A stretch of DNA of 64,000 nucleotides from Dehalococcoidia bacterium (lineage in GTDB: Bacteria; Chloroflexota; Dehalococcoidia; Lucifugimonadales; HRBIN23), in contig JBKBKV010000003.1 of NCBI GenBank assembly GCA_046294495.1, positions 5,460 to 69,459 of the forward strand, given 5' to 3'. A program made the translations under genes and the position numbers. Numbering within the stretch: the stretch's first letter is position 1; every line of letters starts with the position of its first letter. Shown here in pieces: positions 17,915-26,813 of this stretch. Under the pieces are notes generated by a model. The model saw nothing but the letters and a program-made list of their open reading frames with translations. It was not told the origin of the DNA and did no database searches.

Positions 17915-18180
17915 TGGCCGGGGCGCCGCCTTCCGTCTGCTGGTCCCCCAAAGCCTTTTGCCGCCAAGGGCTACTTTAGGGTGTGGGGAGCGCGGGCGAT
18001 ACCAGGACTACACCCAAAGGGCCTGAAACGCCCCCCACAACCCCTGAGTAGAACCCGCCCCCTAAGAATGGAAAGGCCCCCCTCAAGGACACACAGGGAA
18101 TACCCCCTTTGCCCGTCTTGCGACTATTGGACGATGCGAGGCAAAGGGGTAGGGGATAGGATGGCAGAGGAGGGTATGGG

Positions 18181-18543
18181 ATGACGCTAAGAGGTGAGGC
18201 AGGGTCAGCCCTGGCAGAGACGGTTATCGCTGTGATGCTCTTCTCTGCTCTGGGCACGGCGGTGCTGGCAGGGGTCTCTACTCTTTACTCCTCCGGTGCC
18301 CGCACCGAAAGCCAGGCCATAGCCGAGCAGGTGGCCCGAAGCCAGATGGAGCGTGTTTTTGCCTCCTCTTACCTATCTCCACCAGCAAACTATCCAACGG
18401 TGGATGTGCCTGCTGGCTACGGCGTAGAGGCGGTAGCCCAGCCCTACGGCGCCGGGGACCCTCGTTTAGAGAGGGTCGTTGTGCGGGTGAGCCACGCCGG
18501 CCGAGAGGTGCTGGTGCTAGAAACCCTGCGCTCCCAGCCCTAG
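18181..18543 (+). CDS. Minor pseudopilin (prepilin-like N-terminus)
   Basis: 120 aa. ...GEAG|SALAETVIAVMLFSALG has E at +5 after the Gly, followed by a hydrophobic helix. GGAGG Shine-Dalgarno. Confidence 0.55.
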   Translation: MTLRGEAGSALAETVIAVMLFSALGTAVLAGVSTLYSSGARTESQAIAEQVARSQMERVFASSYLSPPANYPTVDVPAGYGVEAVAQPYGAGDPRLERVVVRVSHAGREVLVLETLRSQP

Positions 18544-18552
18544 GGGAAAAAG

Positions 18553-19065
18553 ATGAAAGGGTTGTGGCGCAACCTAGTGGGCTTGCTCCCATTCTTGGCT
18601 GCAGACGCCTACGGCTCCACCCTGGTAGAGGTAGTAGTAGCAGTAGGCATCACCACTTTGGCCGTGGGTATGGTAGGTAAGGGCATTTTCCAGGTCTTCT
18701 CCCTGGAGAGGTCGTGGCGAGAGCGTATAACAGCCACCCGAGAAGTGCGCCAGGCTTTTACATGGTTCGCCAGAGATGCCCTGAACACCAGTTCCCTTAC
18801 CTTGCAAGACGGCGCTCCTCCTGCCCAGGCCGTTACCCTCTCCTGGACAGATCGCAACGGTGCCCTCCATAGCGTAACCTACTCCCTTTCCGGGGGTCTG
18901 CTGGTGCGGGAGGAGAGCGGTGTCCAAGGCGTCCTGGCCCGAAATGTAACGGCGGGGGGCTTCTCCCTGTCTGGGGGGGTATTAACCTTCCAACTGGAGG
19001 TGCAGACACCCAGGGGCATAGCGAAGGAGGGCGCTCTGCAGACTTACCTGCGGAGGCTGGAATGA
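18553..19065 (+). CDS. Minor pseudopilin (GspJ/PilW-like)
   Basis: 170 aa. ...AYG|STLVEVVVAVGITTLAV has E at +5. Its stop overlaps the next gene's start. Confidence 0.6.
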   Translation: MKGLWRNLVGLLPFLAADAYGSTLVEVVVAVGITTLAVGMVGKGIFQVFSLERSWRERITATREVRQAFTWFARDALNTSSLTLQDGAPPAQAVTLSWTDRNGALHSVTYSLSGGLLVREESGVQGVLARNVTAGGFSLSGGVLTFQLEVQTPRGIAKEGALQTYLRRLE

Positions 19066-20348
19066 TGCGCCGCCTCGCCACGGGGCAAGGGGGGACGATG
19101 CTGGTGCTTGTACTCGCCTTTATGGCTCTGGCAGTGCCACTGGTGAGCGCTGCCCTGGGGCTGGCCAGCACCCTGGCTCGGGACTCGGCCCTGAAGACCC
19201 GTATGGCCAAGAGCCAGTATGCTGTCCTGGGAGGGGGGGAGCACGCCTTCTACCGCCTGCGCTATGAGCCGGGCTATGCGGAAAGCATCCCCCAGGACAC
19301 CCCCCACACCTACACCCTTATTCTGAACGGCCGGGAGGTGTCGGTGTCGGTGCGTCGTCCCACAGACCCCATCGGCCCACCTCCCCCGCCCGGGGCAGAT
19401 AGACAGCCCAGGCTCCAGGCCAGCAAGGAAGTTACCCCCACCTTCGCCCCACCCAACACCCTCACCTCCTTTACCTACACCATTACCGTTCAAAACAGAG
19501 GGGGGACAGTGGCTACTTTGGATAGCATCCACGACACCTTGCCCCCGGGCTTTACCTATATGGCCGGCTCCACCCAGGGCGTTACCACCAGCGACCCCTC
19601 TTTAGATAATGATGATGGCGTCCTAACCCTTACCTGGGATGTATCCTCTCTACGGGTCCGCCTCCAGCCGGGGGAGAGTGTAACCCTCACCTTTACTGCC
19701 CAGGCTAGTGTGGCCCAGGGGAACTACTGCAACGAGGCGTGGGTAGACCCTGGGGGCTACCGCACCAGCAGTGGCAAGACGGCCAAGGTGAGGGTCGGCT
19801 CTCCCCAAAATGACCTATGCACAGGCCCCGCTGTCGCCATTAGCAAGGACGCCTCCACAGCCTCCCAGTCCCGCTCATCCGACATTGTGATAGGCACTGG
19901 AGGCGTGCTGACCTACACAATCACCGTGCAGAACATAGGCTCTGTTGCCCTGAACCTGGGGCGTGTGCGAGACTTCCTGCCCCCCGGTTTCACCTATATG
20001 CCCGGCTCCACAGGGGGGGACTTTACCACTGCCGACCCCTCCATAACCCAGTTCCAGGGGGGCCAACGCCTGGACTGGACTTTCACCCCCAGGAAGCGCA
20101 TTCAGCCCGGGGAGAGCAAGGCCCTGTTCTTCCAGGTCAGGGCTACCAGCATACCTGGGGAATACTGGAACGAGGGGCAACTGACTTTCAATGAGTTTGA
20201 TGCCCCCGTAGCCATCTGGCCCACGGCCCGCGTAACTGTGATAGAGATGTTCCAGGTCTCCGCCACCGACGGGGAGAGCACCCACCTCCGGGAGGCGTGG
20301 TTAGCCCAGGACGGCCCTGTTACAAGCCACTGGGAACTGGTCCGCTAG
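19062..20348 (+). CDS. Large pilus-associated protein with two DUF11-like (Ig-like conserved repeat) domains and a pseudopilin-like N-terminus lacking E+5
   Basis: 428 aa. N-terminus GQGG|TMLVLVLAFMALAVPLV. Internal duplication: TYTITVQNRGGTVATLDSIHDTLPPGFTYMAGSTQG versus TYTITVQNIGSVALNLGRVRDFLPPGFTYMPGSTGG. Confidence 0.7.
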   Translation: MMRRLATGQGGTMLVLVLAFMALAVPLVSAALGLASTLARDSALKTRMAKSQYAVLGGGEHAFYRLRYEPGYAESIPQDTPHTYTLILNGREVSVSVRRPTDPIGPPPPPGADRQPRLQASKEVTPTFAPPNTLTSFTYTITVQNRGGTVATLDSIHDTLPPGFTYMAGSTQGVTTSDPSLDNDDGVLTLTWDVSSLRVRLQPGESVTLTFTAQASVAQGNYCNEAWVDPGGYRTSSGKTAKVRVGSPQNDLCTGPAVAISKDASTASQSRSSDIVIGTGGVLTYTITVQNIGSVALNLGRVRDFLPPGFTYMPGSTGGDFTTADPSITQFQGGQRLDWTFTPRKRIQPGESKALFFQVRATSIPGEYWNEGQLTFNEFDAPVAIWPTARVTVIEMFQVSATDGESTHLREAWLAQDGPVTSHWELVR

Positions 20349-20666
20349 GCGAGGCCCCCTGCTCCGCTTAAAAGAGACAGTGTGGCCCACACCCCTTACT
20401 ATTGGTCGGCCGCTTTGTAGTGGGCCAGTAGGTGGTTGCCACTCCCCACAGCCCACTCGGCGCTGGTGCCCCAGCAGGCGGCTGCCCAGGGTGCCCTTGT
20501 CCAGAACATCTTTGGTATCCACCTGGGCAGGGAGAAGGGGCGCTCCCGGGCCCAGTGGGGGGTAAAAGGCCCCCCTCCTGGGCTGGTTTCCGCCCTCTCT
20601 TTTCAACCATCCCTCCGATAACTCACCCACTCGGTAACGATCTCCTGGGGCAAAAACCGCATTGCC

Positions 20667-20695
20667 TTGACACTCCCTACTACTTGTGATATACT
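20667..20695 (+). promoter_or_regulatory. Sigma-70-type promoter for etfBA (TTGACA N17 TATACT)
   Basis: TTGACA at 20667-20672, a 17-nt spacer, and TATACT at 20690-20695 with TGTGA just upstream. Lies 65 nt before the preferred etfB start. Confidence 0.5.
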
Positions 20696-20760
20696 GCACA
20701 GGCTGAGACCTCGGCTCTTTGGGCAATTGGGTTTGCCAAGCCCATTACAAGGAGGCGGCC

Positions 20761-21567
20761 GTGCCCCTGGCTATCGTGGTAACCGCCAAGCAGGTGCTGG
20801 ACCCCGAAACCCCCGCCTCTGCCCTCCAGATAGACCCCGCTCGCAAACGGATGGTCGCCCCAGCCAATGTCCCCCCTGTCGTTAACGGCTTTGACGAGAA
20901 CGCTGTAGAGGCAGCGCTGCGTATAAAAGACGCCTTGGGGGCGCCCAATGTGAAGGTAACCGTTCTGTCGGTCGGCAAGGCGTTTGCCCTGGATGTTATC
21001 AAGAAACCCCTGTCTATGGGAGCCGACGAACTGGTGTTGGTGCAAGACGACGCCTGCGACAACCTGGACGCCTTCCAGACGGCGCGGGTCCTGGCGGCGG
21101 CCATCAAGCAGATGGGCACAGTAGACCTGGTGCTCTGCGGGCGGCAGGCCTCGGACTGGGACCAGTCCCAGGTGCCTCTGGCCCTGGCCGAGTTTCTGGG
21201 GCTGCCCTGCGTGCACATCACCAAGAAGGTGGAGGTGAAGGACAAGACGGTGCTGGTAGAGCGGGTAATTCCCGACGGCACAGAAGTTATCCAGGTGCAT
21301 CTGCCCGCTCTGATTACTGTCAGCAACGAACTAGGCCAGCCCCGTTACCCAACCCTGCGGGGAATTATGGCCTCCACCCGCAAACAGCCCATCGTTCGCA
21401 AACTGGCAGACCTGGGCCTCAACCCGGCTGACCTGGCTCCCAAGGTTGAGTTGTTGGACCTGTTTATCCCCATCCGCCAGAAGAGGTGCGAGATCGTCTC
21501 TGGGGACAACGACGAGGAGAAGGGGCGGAACTTGGCCCGGCGCCTTCGGGAAGCCAAACTTATCTAG
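20761..21567 (+). CDS. etfB: Electron transfer flavoprotein beta subunit
   Basis: The track starts at TTG 20719, which falls inside the predicted leader. GTG 20761 lies 5 nt after AAGGAGG. VPLAIVVTAKQVLDPETP... and DLVLCGRQASD are typical of EtfB. Confidence 0.9.
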   Translation: MPLAIVVTAKQVLDPETPASALQIDPARKRMVAPANVPPVVNGFDENAVEAALRIKDALGAPNVKVTVLSVGKAFALDVIKKPLSMGADELVLVQDDACDNLDAFQTARVLAAAIKQMGTVDLVLCGRQASDWDQSQVPLALAEFLGLPCVHITKKVEVKDKTVLVERVIPDGTEVIQVHLPALITVSNELGQPRYPTLRGIMASTRKQPIVRKLADLGLNPADLAPKVELLDLFIPIRQKRCEIVSGDNDEEKGRNLARRLREAKLI

Positions 21568-21579
21568 CAGAGGTGCACC

Positions 21580-22563
21580 ATGCCAGGTGTCCTTATCTTC
21601 GCTGAAGTGGTTGACGGTAGACTGTCTTCTATCGCTAAGGAACTCCTGGCCGCCGGCCATCCCCTTGCCCAGGCCCTTGGGGAGCCTCTGGCTGCCTTTG
21701 TCCCCGCCGAGAAGGGGGCAGAGGCCGCCAAAGAGGCAACCGCCTTCGGGGCGGAGCAGGTGTTCGTGGCGGAGCACCCCCTCTTGAAAGAGCCCCACCC
21801 CGATTACCACTTGGCTGCCCTAGAGGGGGCTGTGAAGCAATTGAGCCCCTCTGCCGTCCTCCTGGGCAAGACCCCCTTGGGTATCAATGTGGGGCCACGC
21901 TTGGCCTTCCGTATGGGTGTAGGGGTTGCCCAGGATGTGGTCTCCCTCAAGATAGAAGGGGGGGCCCTTATCGCCGAGCGCCCCGTTTACGGGGGCAACG
22001 CTATGGCCAGGGTTGCCCTGCGCCACAAGCCTTTCGTGGCCACGGTTCGCCCAAAGGCCTTTGAACCCCTTGAAGCTAACCCTGGCAACACGGCGGTCGT
22101 GCAGAGCCTCCCCGTAGCCCTGGACCCCCAGAGCGTCAAGGTCAAGGTGCTGGAGCGAAAGAAAGTTGAGGCAACAGGCATTCGCCTGGAAGACGCCCGG
22201 GTCGTGGTGGGCGGAGGGCGCGGGCTGGGGGGCCCCGAACCTTTCCAGCAACTGGAGGAACTGGCCCGCTTGCTGGGTGGAGCGGTGGGCGCCTCACGGG
22301 CCGTGTGCGACGCCGGCTGGCTGCCCTATCAATACCAAATTGGCCTCACCGGCAAAACTATAACCGCCGACCTCTACATCGCCATCGCCATCTCCGGGGC
22401 GAGCCAGCATATGGCCGGCGTCTCTACCGTGAAGAATATCGTGGCTATCAACAAGGACGCCGACGCCCCTATCTTCCAGGAGGCTCGCTTCGGCGTCGTG
22501 GGCGACTGGAAGAAGGTGCTACCTGCCTTCACCGACGAAGTGCGCAAACTCCTCCAGCCATAG
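21580..22563 (+). CDS. etfA: Electron transfer flavoprotein alpha subunit
   Basis: 327 aa. C-terminal FAD-binding motifs [29 protein letters not shown]. Confidence 0.95.
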   Translation: MPGVLIFAEVVDGRLSSIAKELLAAGHPLAQALGEPLAAFVPAEKGAEAAKEATAFGAEQVFVAEHPLLKEPHPDYHLAALEGAVKQLSPSAVLLGKTPLGINVGPRLAFRMGVGVAQDVVSLKIEGGALIAERPVYGGNAMARVALRHKPFVATVRPKAFEPLEANPGNTAVVQSLPVALDPQSVKVKVLERKKVEATGIRLEDARVVVGGGRGLGGPEPFQQLEELARLLGGAVGASRAVCDAGWLPYQYQIGLTGKTITADLYIAIAISGASQHMAGVSTVKNIVAINKDADAPIFQEARFGVVGDWKKVLPAFTDEVRKLLQP

Positions 22564-22611
22564 CACCAACCAAGCGATGGGACCATATCAGCGGACGGGG
22601 GAGGTGTAACC

Positions 22612-23049
22612 GTGGACATGGAGTTCACCATAGACCTGCAAAGGGTGCGCTCGGGGCTGGAGCAGGCGGATGTGGTCTCCCTCTTCTTCCCCCGCCTGCG
22701 AAAGACATTGGTGATTGACTTCCGGTGCACAGCCGATGAGCCCCCACTAGTGCGCATCGCCCCTATGACCAGTTCCTTAGCGGAACGGCTTCGCAGTGTG
22801 CGCCGTATGCGCCCCCATTGGCCACGCCCCAAGAAACTTATGGCGATCCCCTGGCCTCGCTATGTGGACAGCCTCTTCCGTCTCCAAGTGGCCGATGCCC
22901 TTCTAGGGCGAGTGGCTTCCTGTGGGCACCCTGAGGCTGTGAAGCAGTGTCGTCTTGCTCTTGAGGAACTGCGCCGGCTGGAGCGCCGGGAACTGGGGGC
23001 GGTCATCCGCGGGGACAACTACCACACAATTTGGGCACGCAAAGCATAG
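22612..23049 (+). CDS. Hypothetical protein
   Basis: 145 aa. GTG 22612 or ATG 22618, after GGGGGAGG. No recognisable motif. Confidence 0.5.
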   Translation: MDMEFTIDLQRVRSGLEQADVVSLFFPRLRKTLVIDFRCTADEPPLVRIAPMTSSLAERLRSVRRMRPHWPRPKKLMAIPWPRYVDSLFRLQVADALLGRVASCGHPEAVKQCRLALEELRRLERRELGAVIRGDNYHTIWARKA

Positions 23050-23070
23050 CCAGCCCAGGCCAGCCCCCCC

Positions 23071-23577
23071 ATGTATCTGATACTGGTTATCCTACATCTG
23101 CTGGGGGCAGTGATATGGTTCGGGGGTATCCTCTTCATAGCCCTGGTGCTGGTGCCTGTGAGCCGCGCCTTTGGAGACACAGGTAACGCCCTGGTGCGGG
23201 CTGTGGGCAGGCGCTTCCTGTGGGTTGCCTGGCCGGCTATTGCCCTCGCCGTGGCGACGGGGATTGTGCTGGGCTTCAACCGGGGCTTTCTGGAGGCGCT
23301 GTTTACCGGTTCCCTTTTTGATTTTCCCCAGGGGGGCCTGTTCACCCTAAAGGTGCTCCTGGTGCTGGCCTCCCTGGTGCTGGAAGCCCTCCACGACTGG
23401 GTGGTGGGGCCACGAGGCGGACGACTAGAGCGCGCTGCCCTTGCCACTAACCCACCCGACCCGGCCCTGCTGGCTAAGGCCCAGGCCATGCGCCGGGCCA
23501 CCGCACGCATCGCCAGCGTCAACGGCGGGGTGGTGCTGGCTATTGTTATCATAGGCGTGTGGTTGAGTAGGGGATAA
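23071..23577 (+). CDS. Integral membrane protein, CopD-like (four TM helices)
   Basis: 168 aa. HLLGAVIWFGGILF resembles the first helix of CopD/YcnJ-type domains. Weak, motif-level call only. Confidence 0.5.
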   Translation: MYLILVILHLLGAVIWFGGILFIALVLVPVSRAFGDTGNALVRAVGRRFLWVAWPAIALAVATGIVLGFNRGFLEALFTGSLFDFPQGGLFTLKVLLVLASLVLEALHDWVVGPRGGRLERAALATNPPDPALLAKAQAMRRATARIASVNGGVVLAIVIIGVWLSRG

Positions 23578-23766
23578 AAGGGAAGAAAAGGGGCCTTCCC
23601 TAAGGGCAAGTATCTCCCTGTGAAATGCCCGCTCGCTCCCTTGCACCCGCCACCGCCTTGCGCTAGGCTTATATGAACCTAGCCGCTTTAGCACGGCCCA
23701 GCCCCTGAGTGCCGCCGCAACATAGTGCGATACACACTGCACCCAACTGCGCAAGAGGTTTAGGGT

Positions 23767-25146
23767 ATGTATCAGTCCAGCACGCCCAGCCCCCAGGGGG
23801 TATGGGAGAGGGTGTTGGGCCTGCTCCAGATAGAGGTGGCCCGAGGCACTTACGAGGCCTTTCTGCGGGAGACGGTGGGCCTTGCGCTGGATGGGGAACG
23901 CTTTGTTGTCGGCACGCCCAGCCCCTTTGCCAAGACATACCTGGAACAGCGCGCCTACGGCCTGGTGCGGGATGCCCTGGAGCGCACCCTGGGACGCCCG
24001 GTAGAGGTGGAGTTCCGTGTTGTGCCTAAAGGCCTGGGATATGCAGACAGGGGCGCCCATCCCCCCAACATACCTGCCCCCCACGCAGACGCCCGCGGGG
24101 AATCATTAGGAACGCCTCTCAACACCCACTATACCTTCGCCACTTTCATCGTGGGGGAATCCAACCGCTACGCCCATGCCGCTGCTGTAGCCGGGGCCGA
24201 GCACCCCGGGACGAAATACAACCCCATTTTCATCTATTCCGATGTGGGGCTGGGCAAAACCCACCTCCTCCACGCCATTGGCCACCGCTGTCTGGAGCGG
24301 GGCATGCGCGTCCTCTACACCAGCGCCGAGCAGTTCACCAACCAGTTCATTCGCTCTATCCGTGAGGGGCAAGGGGAAGCCTTCCGCCTGCAGTTCCGGA
24401 GCATAGACATCCTGCTGGTAGACGATGTGCACTTCCTCATCGGCAAGGAGCAGACCCAGGAGGCCTTCTTCCACATCTTCAACGAACTACACAACGCCAG
24501 CAAGCAAATTGTCCTCACATGCGACCGTCCCCCAAAGTCCTTGCGCCCGCTGGAGGACCGCTTGCGCTCCCGCTTCGAGTGGGGCCTGGTAGCCGATATC
24601 CAGCCCCCTGACCTGGAGACACGCCTGGCCATCCTCCGCGCCAAGTCGGAAGCCCTGGGCCTGGCGGTGCCTTCCCCTGTGCTAGACTTCCTGGGTAAGC
24701 GCATCTACCGATCTATCCGGGAACTGGAAGGGGTGCTCAACCGCTTGGCGGCCCTGGCCGACCTGACAGGGCGTCCCATTACCCTGGACCTGGCGCAACA
24801 AGCCCTGGTGTTGCCCGGCACCCGCAACGAGCGCAGACCCCTGGACCCGGAAGAGGTGGTGAGTATGGTGGCCCAACACTTCGGTCTGGAGCCAATGACC
24901 TTGAAAGGCCCCCGAAGGGACAAGACCACCGCTACCGCACGACATATCGCCATGTTCCTGCTGCGAGAGGAGGCCCAGCGCCCCCTCACCGAAATCGGGC
25001 GCTTGCTCGGGGGCAAAGACCATACCACCGTCCTCCACGCCTGCGAGAAGGTGCGCCTGCAAATGGACACCGACCCCCAGGTGCGCCACGCCCTCTTGAC
25101 CCTGCGGGAGCGCCTCCAGCGGATTGGGGGCGCCCCTGAAGGGTAA
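23767..25146 (+). CDS. dnaA: Chromosomal replication initiator protein DnaA
   Basis: 459 aa. Walker A GLGKTHLL, Walker B LLVDDVHF, sensor and box VII regions, and the C-terminal DNA-binding helix-turn-helix (ARHIAMFLLRE...GGKDHTTVLHA). Confidence 0.95.
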   Translation: MYQSSTPSPQGVWERVLGLLQIEVARGTYEAFLRETVGLALDGERFVVGTPSPFAKTYLEQRAYGLVRDALERTLGRPVEVEFRVVPKGLGYADRGAHPPNIPAPHADARGESLGTPLNTHYTFATFIVGESNRYAHAAAVAGAEHPGTKYNPIFIYSDVGLGKTHLLHAIGHRCLERGMRVLYTSAEQFTNQFIRSIREGQGEAFRLQFRSIDILLVDDVHFLIGKEQTQEAFFHIFNELHNASKQIVLTCDRPPKSLRPLEDRLRSRFEWGLVADIQPPDLETRLAILRAKSEALGLAVPSPVLDFLGKRIYRSIRELEGVLNRLAALADLTGRPITLDLAQQALVLPGTRNERRPLDPEEVVSMVAQHFGLEPMTLKGPRRDKTTATARHIAMFLLREEAQRPLTEIGRLLGGKDHTTVLHACEKVRLQMDTDPQVRHALLTLRERLQRIGGAPEG

Positions 25147-25251
25147 AGGGAGAAGACACCCCTGGCAAAAGCCTTACAAAGGGGCTTCACTTGCCCTTTA
25201 CGCCACGCCAGAAAAGGCTTATTATAAAGCCTAAACCCGAGGAGGATAAAG

Positions 25252-25851
25252 ATGCGTAAGGCGTTGCCCTTCCTTGTCGTGGCTATTGCCTTGCTGGGCC
25301 TGTGGAGCACACCCGCCTACGCCCAACCCCAGGTGATGCGCTTCGCAGGCGCCGTTACCATAGAGGGACGCCCTGCCCCCGATGGCACGCGGGTGGTGGC
25401 CGAGGTGCAGGTGGGCGGCGCCTGGCGCGAGGCGACCTCCGTCACGACCACCAACGGGTATTACACGCTGACCATTGGCCTGGCCCCCGGTGAATCCTTC
25501 CCCACAGGTGCCCCCATTCGCTTCCGCGTGGGCCAGTGGGTAGCCGACCAGACCACCACCTGGGAGCCTGGTGCTCTTCGCCCCTATTTCAACCTCTCCG
25601 CCTTTGCACCCCCTCCACCCCCCCAGCAGGCCTGGCAGGGCCTCCAACGCGCCCTGGTGCGGGCATGGAGTTATGAAGACCCACGCAACCCTCGCTTCTT
25701 TGACTTCGCTGACCCTGGCCGAAGCAACCTTACCACCCTCCAGCGCAACCGTGCCTACTTCCTCTTCCTCACAGAAGACACAACCCTGGAGTGTCGGGGG
25801 GTTACCTATACCCTGCGCCGGGGCTGGAACCTCTTTGCGTGGACCTGTTAG
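25252..25851 (+). CDS. Secreted hypothetical protein
   Basis: 199 aa. Signal peptide MRKALPFLVVAIALLGLWSTPAYA|QPQ. Strong GGAGGA Shine-Dalgarno. Confidence 0.6.
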   Translation: MRKALPFLVVAIALLGLWSTPAYAQPQVMRFAGAVTIEGRPAPDGTRVVAEVQVGGAWREATSVTTTNGYYTLTIGLAPGESFPTGAPIRFRVGQWVADQTTTWEPGALRPYFNLSAFAPPPPPQQAWQGLQRALVRAWSYEDPRNPRFFDFADPGRSNLTTLQRNRAYFLFLTEDTTLECRGVTYTLRRGWNLFAWTC

Positions 25852-25870
25852 GGGGTGAGGGCAAAACCGC

Positions 25871-26641
25871 CTAGGGGCGCATGGCGCGTCGCAAGGTGTG
25901 CACAGCGAACAGGCGCAGGTATCCCAAGGTGGTGGACATCTTGGGCAGTTTGGAGACCCCGTGACGCCGGGGCTGGAAGACGATGGACACCTCGGTTAGC
26001 AGGAAGCCACGCCTAGCGGCGCACAAGATAGCCTCCGGGGCAAAGGAGAAGTCGTTGGCCCTGGTCTCCTTCGCCAGCACCTCCACCACCTCCCGGCGGT
26101 AGAGGCGGTAGTTGGAGGTGATGTCCGTCAAGGAGACACCTGTGAGGAGTGGGAGCGCCCGGTTGGTCAGACTGCTGGCCCAGCGCTTCCACCAGGGGAG
26201 TGCCTCCACCCGCTTCCTGTTCAAGTAGCGGGAGCCAACCACCACATGTGCACCTGTCTGCCGATACGCCTCCAGGAAGCGGGGTAGTTCCTCCGGGGAG
26301 TGGTTCAGGTCGCAGTCCATAGTGGCCACCAGGGACACATCAGGGGACAGTAAGCGGAAGCCCTCCCGCAGGGCGTTGCCGAAGCCCCGCCGGCGGGGCA
26401 CCCACGAAACCTTCACCCGCCCTCCAGGGAGGCCCTGGGCGAACTCATCTACCCACTCGCGGCTGCCGTCGCTCCCTTCTATCACCAATACCATCTCCCA
26501 GGGCAGGCCCAGGGCGTCCAGGGTGCGCTGAAGACGGGGCAGAAGGACCACTAGATTGGCCCTCTCGTTGTAGGCCACCAGAACAGTAGCCACTTTCCCT
26601 GCTGTGGGCACCGATACCTGCCCCCTGTCTGTTTCCATCAT
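25871..26641 (-). CDS. Family 2 glycosyltransferase (polyprenol-phosphate mannose/glucose synthase-like)
   Basis: 256 aa. VLVAYNERANL near the N-terminus, the DxD-like MDCDLNH, and the layout of DPM1-like GT2 enzymes. Confidence 0.85.
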   Translation of the reverse strand: MMETDRGQVSVPTAGKVATVLVAYNERANLVVLLPRLQRTLDALGLPWEMVLVIEGSDGSREWVDEFAQGLPGGRVKVSWVPRRRGFGNALREGFRLLSPDVSLVATMDCDLNHSPEELPRFLEAYRQTGAHVVVGSRYLNRKRVEALPWWKRWASSLTNRALPLLTGVSLTDITSNYRLYRREVVEVLAKETRANDFSFAPEAILCAARRGFLLTEVSIVFQPRRHGVSKLPKMSTTLGYLRLFAVHTLRRAMRP

Positions 26642-26764
26642 ACAAGCCGGCGCCCTCTTTGTTAGAATAGGGTTAGGCCTTCTCCATATGCCTCAGGCTG
26701 GCTATCCCCCGTTATACCATGGCCCTGCAGGCGCTGAAGGTCTTGCCAGGCCGGGGGTATCCCT

Positions 26765-26793
26765 TTGCTAGGCGTAGCGTTTTCTAGTATGAT
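26765..26793 (+). promoter_or_regulatory. Sigma-70-type promoter for ftsH (TTGCTA N17 TATGAT)
   Basis: TTGCTA at 26765-26770, a 17-nt spacer, and TATGAT at 26788-26793. Lies 20 nt before the ftsH ATG. Confidence 0.45.
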
Positions 26794-26813
26794 AGAAAGA
26801 GGTTGAGGGTGGG

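Noticed and set aside
17915-18180. Possible c-di-GMP riboswitch or sigma-54 promoter in front of the pilin or minor-pilin genes.
   Set aside because: I could not find a GEMM-like core, or a TGGCAC-N5-TTGC element with correct spacing, in 17915-18180 or 11319-11446.
20301-20726. 141-aa minus-strand ORF in the etfB upstream gap.
   Set aside because: It would start inside the etfB leader and promoter and overlap the 3' end of the DUF11 gene. No Shine-Dalgarno sequence and no motifs. A decayed gene cannot be excluded.
23578-23766. oriC expected next to dnaA.
   Set aside because: I found no cluster of TTATCCACA-like boxes or AT-rich 13-mer-type repeats by eye. Isolated near-matches (for example TTATCCACC at about 53389 and TGTGGATCC at about 40794) lie inside genes. 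I report it as an open question rather than a feature.
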